DNA of 64,000 nt, from assembly GCF_006345805.1 (NCBI RefSeq), contig NC_043014.1, positions 35,464,001 to 35,528,000 of the forward strand, written 5' to 3'. The notes below the pieces were generated by a model. It was not told the DNA's origin and did no database searches. It saw nothing but the letters and a program-made list of their open reading frames with translations. Below, piece after piece: positions 55,601 to 64,000 of the stretch (its first letter is position 1; each line of letters opens with the position of its first letter). Origin of the DNA: Octopus sinensis (lineage: Eukaryota). The position numbers and the translations under genes are program-made.

Positions 55601-58600
55601 ATGTGACTGTGGGTACTAGTGTATGTATATATGTATATATATACACATACATTTATACATATATATATACATAGACAAGTACACGCAGTCACATACACAT
55701 GCATTCATATACACACATATCTAATCTAATCCTGTTAATTAGTTTTTCACCTCCTACGCTTTCCTTACTCAGCAAAGAATTATTCACTTCACTTTGCCAC
55801 CACCACCACCCACTCCTCGCCCATTACCTACCTATTCCTCCTTACTCCCTCCGTTAAGGATCATACTCTACTGCTATATTTTCTCCACGTCCACCCCCTC
55901 CTTACCTTATTTTAAATCATTTCTTGATTTTATTCTTACCAGCTTACTTTCTCTGCTCGTTCCTCCTCTCTCGGACTCCTTCTCTATACATACAAACGCA
56001 CACTTATATATACGCATATTGCATATATATACATTCATATATGCATACATACACACATAGCACATACACACACACACATACATAATATATACACACATAT
56101 CTATGGCAGAGAAATAAGTGTGCATATGATAGCAGTTAATCACCCTCCTACACGCAAACACGTGTGTATGTGTATCTATGTGTGTGTATATATTATATAT
56201 TAAATTATGTATATATATATATGTGTGAGTGTATACACATATATGTATATACAAGGATACAGACAAGTTTACATACACACATATATGTATATGTATATAT
56301 ATGTATGTGTGTTTGTGCACACACACACATACACACACACATACACGCACACTCATATATATGCATTTATGTATAAGTATATAAGTATATGCATATGTAA
56401 AGATTCCAGAGGTAAAGCATGGTTGAGTTAGAAAGAGTGGAAGATGTACAAATATGCAGGAAGCAACCAAGCTCCTACTTATCTTGTCAGTTATTTGAAC
56501 CTATCGTGTAAATACAGCAACCACTCTGCGTGCAGTCTACCGCGTAGGAAACGCATAGATTTGATGTTTCCCTTTATTCCAAAGTTCTTTCCACCTGAAT
56601 ATACAGATGAGTTCTTACAGGGAAGTGCTAGAAGAAACCACGAAAAAGAAGAAAAAAAGCTCACTAAATAAAACGAAGGAAATTTATCTATAAAAATAGT
56701 TTGATTGAATATTTGTCTACAATATCCAATTTGAAAACTTAAAAATCATTTGAACCCATAGTGCTTTTCTTTTTATTTAAAGCGCCGTGAAATCGAGTCA
56801 AGGAAGGAGCGTCTACTAGATCGCTCGACATGCAAGAAATGACAGTAAAATCTCCCACATATATAAGCCCATTTTCTTAAAATGTGCCAGACATATTCGA
56901 AATTGTAACCTAATTTTAAATTTCATTGCGAAGTAAGAAATAAAACAGAAGAAAAGCAAGAAAAGAAATTATTTGACCAGAGGCCTTGATCTACACAAGA
57001 ATAACAACTAAAGCAAAACAAAAAAAAACCAAACATACTAGAAACAAAAGACCTACTATGTTTGGGTTTATCTGGTGTAGGTGCCACTATCATCGTCGTC
57101 ATCGTTGTCGTGTCGTCGTCATCATCATCACTATCAACATAATCACCATCAACATTATCACACCGCCATGGGGATCACCGGCGTCTTCATCAAGAATTTT
57201 TGCATCAGAGATTGATTTTTACGACTTACATGCTTGACATAGCAGCTTAATCTCCCTCAAATCCCACTCTATATCCTGAAAAAGCATATAAGCTGATGAA
57301 GCTTGCAACGCTTTTGGTTTTAAGCCTGTTCAATGGGATTTGATCTTGGTTTAAGTCACAACTAATAACAACAGTGTATGTTAAGAAATGAATAAAAGAA
57401 ACCCCATGCAGCGCATTAAAATAATTTATTCACATCATCTCAGCAAATAAATTGTTAAATAGCATGAAGCTGATATTTCGGTATTACGATGCCCTATTCA
57501 AAGCTTAGAAATCAACCAGAGAAAAATAAAACATCAGATGTTCTCAGAGCTTTTTCTCTACCGTCAAGTCATTTCTCAGCTGTTACTTATGCATAAGCAA
57601 GTCGTTCCGCTTCTCTCGAAGCTTTCTACAAAGAAGTATTAACGAGTCACGATAATGCCATGCTATGTATCAGAAATCTTCAAACCATCTGTTGTCTCAC
57701 TGTATTTCTCTGCTGCCGTTATTCTTCCCTAAGCTTTGAATCGAGCAATTTATTGCCGAAATATCAGCTTCATGTTATACAAACATTTAGTTGGGACGTT
57801 TGTGAAAATAATTTGCTGTAATGTATATCGTCTTCATTTAATAATTTGATAGTCGCTCTATGTTCCGTAATAATTTAAGGCTAGTTGATTAAAAATCCAA
57901 GACTGGGATACCAATTATTCCATTTATTATATTTTAAATAATTTCACAGATAATCTAAACGATCATGTTTACATGACATTTTTCTTTACTTTTCATTTGT
58001 ATATTTGAGTCCGAAAAACAGGTTAAGTACCCACAGCCTTTACATTTCATACCAGGCTTGAAACTTGTTACTTATGTTGTTGTTTTGGATCTTCTTCTAG
58101 ATAGAATGACAGATAGATAAATAGAAGGAAAGAATGAAAGAAAGATAAATATATAGATAATTAGAGAGATTGACAGATATAAGGGGTAACGACCCCTTTC
58201 AGTCACGAATGACTATGGGAATGCAATTAGAAAGTTCCCTTCCAAGGCAAGCTTGTTTGTAGAAGACTAGCAGTCACCCATGCATACCAGTTTCCCCCTT
58301 TCTATGTCGCCAGTGGTGTTCAAGGGAAAGACAAAGGCCGATACAGCTTGGCACCAGTCACAGTTGAGTGAGGTGTAGCAATCTCAAATAAAAAGTGTCC
58401 TGCTCAAAATCACAACACACTGCCAGGCTCGAGAAGCGAAGTCACAATCTCACGATTGTAAGTCCGATGCTGAAACCATTGAGCAATGCACCCTCAGAAA
58501 TAAGTAAGAGTCAAAAGAAAGAGTAAGTACGGTTAGGCAGCTTTTTAATCCCTACAAATGTTTCCATACATACAGGTCCTCTGTATATATATATATATGT

Positions 58601-58601
58601 A

Positions 58602-58699
<98 letters not shown>

Positions 58700-58712
58700 T
58701 AGATACACACAC

Positions 58713-58783
<71 letters not shown>

Positions 58784-58790
58784 TCTTTTT

Positions 58791-58828
58791 CTGTCCGATG
58801 AACGGCAACGGGAAACTCAGAGTAACAG
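58791..58828 (+). ncRNA. Minimal type I hammerhead motif (U4C)
   Basis: ctgt-CCGATGA-acg(gcaa)cgg-GAAA-ctcagag-TA-acag. Sits in an ~80-bp island between (TA)n tracts. Confidence 0.75.
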
Positions 58829-58910
58829 GTTTTGTTGAATTTTCTGCTGCTTTAAATAAAGTATATACATATATATATACATATTCATATAGATAGATAT
58901 GCGTGGTTTA

Positions 58911-58956
<46 letters not shown>

Positions 58957-59340
58957 GTATCAGTATATGTGTGTGTATGAAACAATGACTATAATAATGG
59001 AACAAACAGTAGAATAATTATTTCATCAAAATGGAAATAAATACTTGTCTGAATTTATATTATATTTTAAGACTTAAAACCAACCAGCTTTGTTCATTTA
59101 TTTTAATTTTATACATAATAATTACCAGATGCATGTTAAGTCATCCCCTTTAGCCTCGCTTCTATTTTCTAATCTCCTAATCTATGGCTGTTATATTTTA
59201 CAAATGCTTATTATATTATTACTGTTGTGATTGTTACAGTTGTTTGTTATTACTACAACTATTATAATAGAAATCGTCATGATGATGATGATGATCATCA
59301 TCATCATCATCATCATCATCATTATCATCATCATCATCAC

Positions 59341-59403
<63 letters not shown>

Positions 59404-59414
59404 CATTATTATTA

Positions 59415-59470
<56 letters not shown>

Positions 59471-59475
59471 GTTAT

Positions 59476-59900
59476 TGATGGCGCGTGCCATCAAAGTGGC
59501 ACTGGGGTACAAATATACGAAGCCCAATATACCCATCAGGACAACCCGTCTGATAAGGGAATACCAGGCACATACGTCACATACACGACATATGATCTCA
59601 TATCAAGATAAACAGCGTATGATCTTGCACGTAGGTCCCAGTTAGAATTTTCTTTTGGTCGAGTAACCCATCCCACTCAAAAGATTCCTGAATAAGGTTT
59701 GTTTAAGCATGATGAATGAAACACCCACGTTTCCAGAGGTGAATTATTCAAACCCCAAAGAATTCCTCTCAATACATGGCTGTGATGCTTCCCACTACTT
59801 CTGCTCGTGATCAGAGATGCTCATATCGTCAGCCACCAAGGGACATGCTTAACTGGTTAACTAACAAGCAAATCTGTGGTATTTAGCAGAATATTTGCTG
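59476..59900 (-). mobile_element. Second copy of the (TAA)n-associated repeat
   Basis: Aligns by eye with 6140-6585. Confidence 0.7.
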
Positions 59901-59949
59901 GAGTATTGCATGCGTAGCGAGCTTACTACCTGCAGCCTACGATACTATG

Positions 59950-60780
59950 CTATCCATTCTTTTCAGCTGTCTAATACTTTCCTGATTATTCTAGCCATGC
60001 CAAGGAGGTAAACCTTTTGTAACAGTTCTACTGGGCACTCTATTCCAATTTCCTTTATATTCCTCTTGCTGCTAACCGATACTGCTCCCAAGGACCAAAG
60101 CAATAATTGGCACTAACTTCACTATCTTCATTTTCCATAGCGAGACTATTTCATACTTAAGAGGGTTATATCTATCTTTCTCCTTCCTTGACTTTTGAGG
60201 GGTCAAAGGGGCATGCAACATCAGCTATATAGCATGTGTGGTGCACCTTTTCTATCACCACTAGGTCAGATATGTTGTGGCTTAGCACATGATCTGTTTG
60301 GATTAGGAAATCCCAGAGGATTTTGTTAGTCTTCGACTCCGCCACTCTCTGCGGTTGTGCTCATACTACGTCTTGCCTCTCTCTAGCCCCCACTTTTCGT
60401 ATAGTTTCCAATGGAGCACTTTCGCTACCTGGTCGTGTCGCCAGCCACAACTTGTAGTCATTTGGGGCAAGTCTAGGGCATTCGTTTGTGATATGGTCAA
60501 TGGATTCATTCACTCTATTGCAGATGTGGCACAGCGGAGACACTTACTCATTGCTAAAATTGACTCTCCAGTTCGTGGTCAAAGCTTGGTCTTGCGCTGC
60601 CAGTATAGTGCACCCGGCCTCTTTTTTTAGGGTTTCTTTCATCGGCCAATCCCACCAATTTTTTCCAGCAACTTTGTTGTGGCTATATGAAATTGATTGT
60701 GTAATTCCTTCTTGCGTAATTCTTCTTCATGTCCTTTTTGTACTTCTTCCTTTGTTTCCCATTTTTTCTCTGCCCTCAAT
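59950..60780 (-). mobile_element. R4/Dong-like LINE 3' fragment (CCHC knuckle plus REL endonuclease)
   Basis: SPLCHICNRVNESIDHITNECPRLA (ORF 60361-60543); then KILWDFLIQTDHVLSHNISDLVV..CYIADVACPFD. Confidence 0.8.
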
Positions 60781-60788
60781 TATTATTA

Positions 60789-60869
<81 letters not shown>

Positions 60870-60870
<1 letters not shown>

Positions 60871-61440
60871 AAAGTTGTGGCATGCCAATTTAGTTAGCAG
60901 AGATGTGATCTTGAGTTTCATTGACAATAAATCTCCTCAAATCTCACAAAAATTCTTCTTGGCATTCTTGCAGAACACACAATGGCCTTTTTTCTGCAAG
61001 ACCAAAACTATGGGTCTCACTTGCAATATCCTTCAGCCTCTTAGGTAACAATTTGGGCGTAGTTCCTAATGCACCACTTACCACGAGAACAAATAACACC
61101 ATTGTGTTCCACAATCTCTTCATCTCTGTAGCTAAATCTTGATGTATCTTAATTGCCCCGGTTTTCTTGATATCTCCTACATCATTACAGGGTTACAAAT
61201 CAACGACATCACATTATTTGTTCCATTTATCCACTATGATCATGTCTGGTTCCACTGCTTCAATAGTTCAGCCAGTCTCAATGGCGAAGTCACATAAATT
61301 CATGCAAATACCATTCACCATGAATGAGTTCACACCATTTTTCTGACACACGAATTTCACAAGCTTGGTTTAACATACAAAGGCATTTCTTTACCGATAA
61401 AGTCATGCATGCGGTTTTAATATTTTTGTGCGAGTTCTCC
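60870..61440 (-). mobile_element. Second decayed R4/Dong-like REL fragment
   Basis: Minus-strand remnants DFAIET..PDMIIVDK..DLATEMKRLWN..VVSGALGTTPK. Ends in (TAA)n. Confidence 0.7.
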
Positions 61441-63584
61441 ATTATTATTGCTTTTATTAGAGGTTCTTATTATCTTCATAATTTATCTATATCATAGTTC
61501 TTTTGAATAGTCGAGCCGAAGTGGCTTTCAGCATAAGTTACCGCCCAATCGTCGTGCCTTGCTTCAGACTTCGTCTGACCAAATTGTAGCGTCTGTACTC
61601 CGGCTTCATGTGGAAGGAACGCTTCATTTGTAGTCAGGGGCTTCATTTGTAGTCATCTGGAAGGTGGCTCTTTCTGTTCGATAATGTAATATAGAGTATT
61701 TTTACGATGTAAGCTTCCCCGTTCTTTCTTAGGTTTCTCTTTCTCTACCTTTCTCCAATTACTCTTCATGATACCCACACATACATGCGCGTGCTCACCC
61801 CCCCCCATACACATAGTCGTTTTAAAAAAAAATTATATGATGTATGTACGTGTGTTTGTTGAAGTGATTAAACAAAAGTGAGCGATGGAACAGATCAGAG
61901 CAAGTGGAAAGGTATTGGCCAACTGCCATAAGGTCCTTCATCTCAAATCCATGCCAAGTGATGACAGGAAAATTGATTTCCCCGTTTTCTAAATGCACCT
62001 GGCTGAATGAAATGCACCTAGCTGAATGAAAAACTAATTAGATCATGTAATAATGTTAAATGAAACAAGCGTGCTAATGAAAAGAGAGATTTATTGTACA
62101 TCTCATTAAAGACATGAAACCGGGAGTAAACAGTGACCATTAAAAAAATTCTTGGAACTAAACAAAGAAAAGATTTTCCTTGTCTGTTGTGGAATGTATT
62201 TGAAATAAACTCATTGGCTTCAATCATTTGACTGCAAACATGCTAGGTTAAAGATTTCGCGGGTTTTAGTCGACCGTATCGACCAGTACAAGCATTCGGG
62301 AATAGATCAGTCTCAGCGAATAGGGGAAGAAAGCAACATAAATAACATGAAGTAACATAAATAATATCCTTAACCCCGAATATTATGCTGCACTATATTT
62401 TTCCAATGTGCACTTCTAATATTTTTTAAGACAGTAGAATGTGGTATGCGAGTGTTTTGGTTACTACTCCAGCAAACCGTGTAAAACTGGCTACGTTTAG
62501 TTTTTGCAAATGTGTACGAGTGTTTGTGTACGTATATTTGAATACAAAATGTGAATGCACCGATGGCTGAATGATTAAGAAGTTCAGTTCGCAATAATGC
62601 AATCTTGAATTCGATCCCATTTCGTTGCGTGTTGGGCATGTGTCTTTTATTCACTTACCATAGCCTTGGTTTGTCCCAAGTATTGAGAGTGAAACAGGAC
62701 AGAAGAAAACTATCCAGCGACCCGTCGACTTGATTGGACCTTATAGTTCAAAGATCCAACCGATTTTGCCTGAGTGTTTGCGTTAAAGGTATACCTTTTT
62801 TAATGATTTACTCAGCCACTGCGCATGCTAATTCGATGAATAGGCAATTCAGTTTATCGAGTAATTGGATGATCGTACGTCCTTCTCGATAGGAGAATCC
62901 ATAAATTATGAGATGAAGTGTGGTGAAGACTTTTATAGGAGAAAAAAAGAAGCGTACTCTTTGCGGAATTTTCTTGATGGTGGGCATAATGGCGAGAGAT
63001 GGAAGAGAAATATGTTAGTCCGTGTGTGTGCGAAGCACAACTGACTACTTGTTTGGAATTCCTCCCGCATCTTTCCTTACATTAGAGTCATTGAACTTCA
63101 CTGCACACAAATCTTCTTCACTCACACAATCTGCACCACAGTGAAGCCTTTCAAACACTCGCTAGCTGCTTTGCTTTTCTGGGCATGAAATAAAGTGTTT
63201 TGCTCAAGTACACAACACACCGCCCAGTCCGGTAATCAAATCCACGCTTGTAGGACTCGCAAAACATACGCGCAAAGTAATGTAGTGTATGGCTATGTAG
63301 TTAAGAAGTTCACATCGCAGACCTCATATTCTAGATTCAACCCTGCTTGCTGTCCCATAGGTCGGCAGTGGAAATAACAGCTGATGAATCGATTACAATC
63401 GTCGTAACACTGTTAGCAAAAATACTAGAGGTGCCGGCGTGGCTGTATGGCAAATTTGTTTCCCAACCACATGCTTCCGGTTTCAGCAAACACCTTCTAC
63501 TATAGCTTCAGGCCAACCAAAACCTTGTGGGAAGATTTGATAGATGGTAACTGAGAAGTTCGTCTCCTATCTACGTATATATGT

Positions 63585-63734
63585 AAAATTATAATTTAGA
63601 GTATCTAAGAGATATCACCACGGTGGAAATAGCAGCCAAAACTTGACTCTAAAGCCACATGTGGTTTTAGAGTCAAGTTTTGGCTGCTATTTCCAGCGTT
63701 GTGGTATCTCTTAGATACCCTAAATTATAATTTT
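63585..63734. repeat. 150-bp near-perfect palindrome with no spacer
   Basis: aaaattataatttag..ggaaatagcagccaaaacttgactctaaa.ccac|at|gtgg.tttagagtcaagttttggctgctatttcc..ctaaattataatttt. Confidence 0.9.
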
Positions 63735-63828
63735 GATAATAACTATTACCTTTGAAGATTTTTATTCCCATGCTGGCCACTTGATATGATCGGTACTTAA
63801 AAGAACGATCTTATCCTTATTTATATAA

Positions 63829-63859
<31 letters not shown>

Positions 63860-64000
63860 TGTATGTATGCTATGTATGCATGTATCTATGTGTGTGTGTG
63901 TCTCTGTGTTTGTTCTCAACCACCGCTTGACAATTGGTATTGGTTTATTTAGGTCCTCGTAACTTATCGGTTCGGTACAAGACCCCGATAGAATAAGTAT

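Overview
AT-rich, repeat-dense eukaryotic non-coding DNA. The SINE families, microsatellite density and element mix resemble an octopus (cephalopod) genome; this is inferred from pattern, not from a search. I found no intact host gene, and almost all ORFs in the track are microsatellite artefacts. The window holds many tRNA-derived SINEs, decayed R4/Dong-like and CR1-like LINEs, Tc1/mariner relics, a complete non-autonomous Helitron, a Penelope-like (PLE) GIY-YIG relic and a 100-N gap. The main signal is hammerhead ribozyme (HHR) motifs at about 15 loci, intact to decayed, all folded by eye. Most are minimal type I motifs with a palindromic stem III, as known for PLE pseudo-LTRs. Several sit in non-coding foldback elements in (TA)n tracts with one HHR on each strand. 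Three unrelated loci carry the compensatory U3-A8 core (TTGANAA), and one candidate has permuted, type II-like order.
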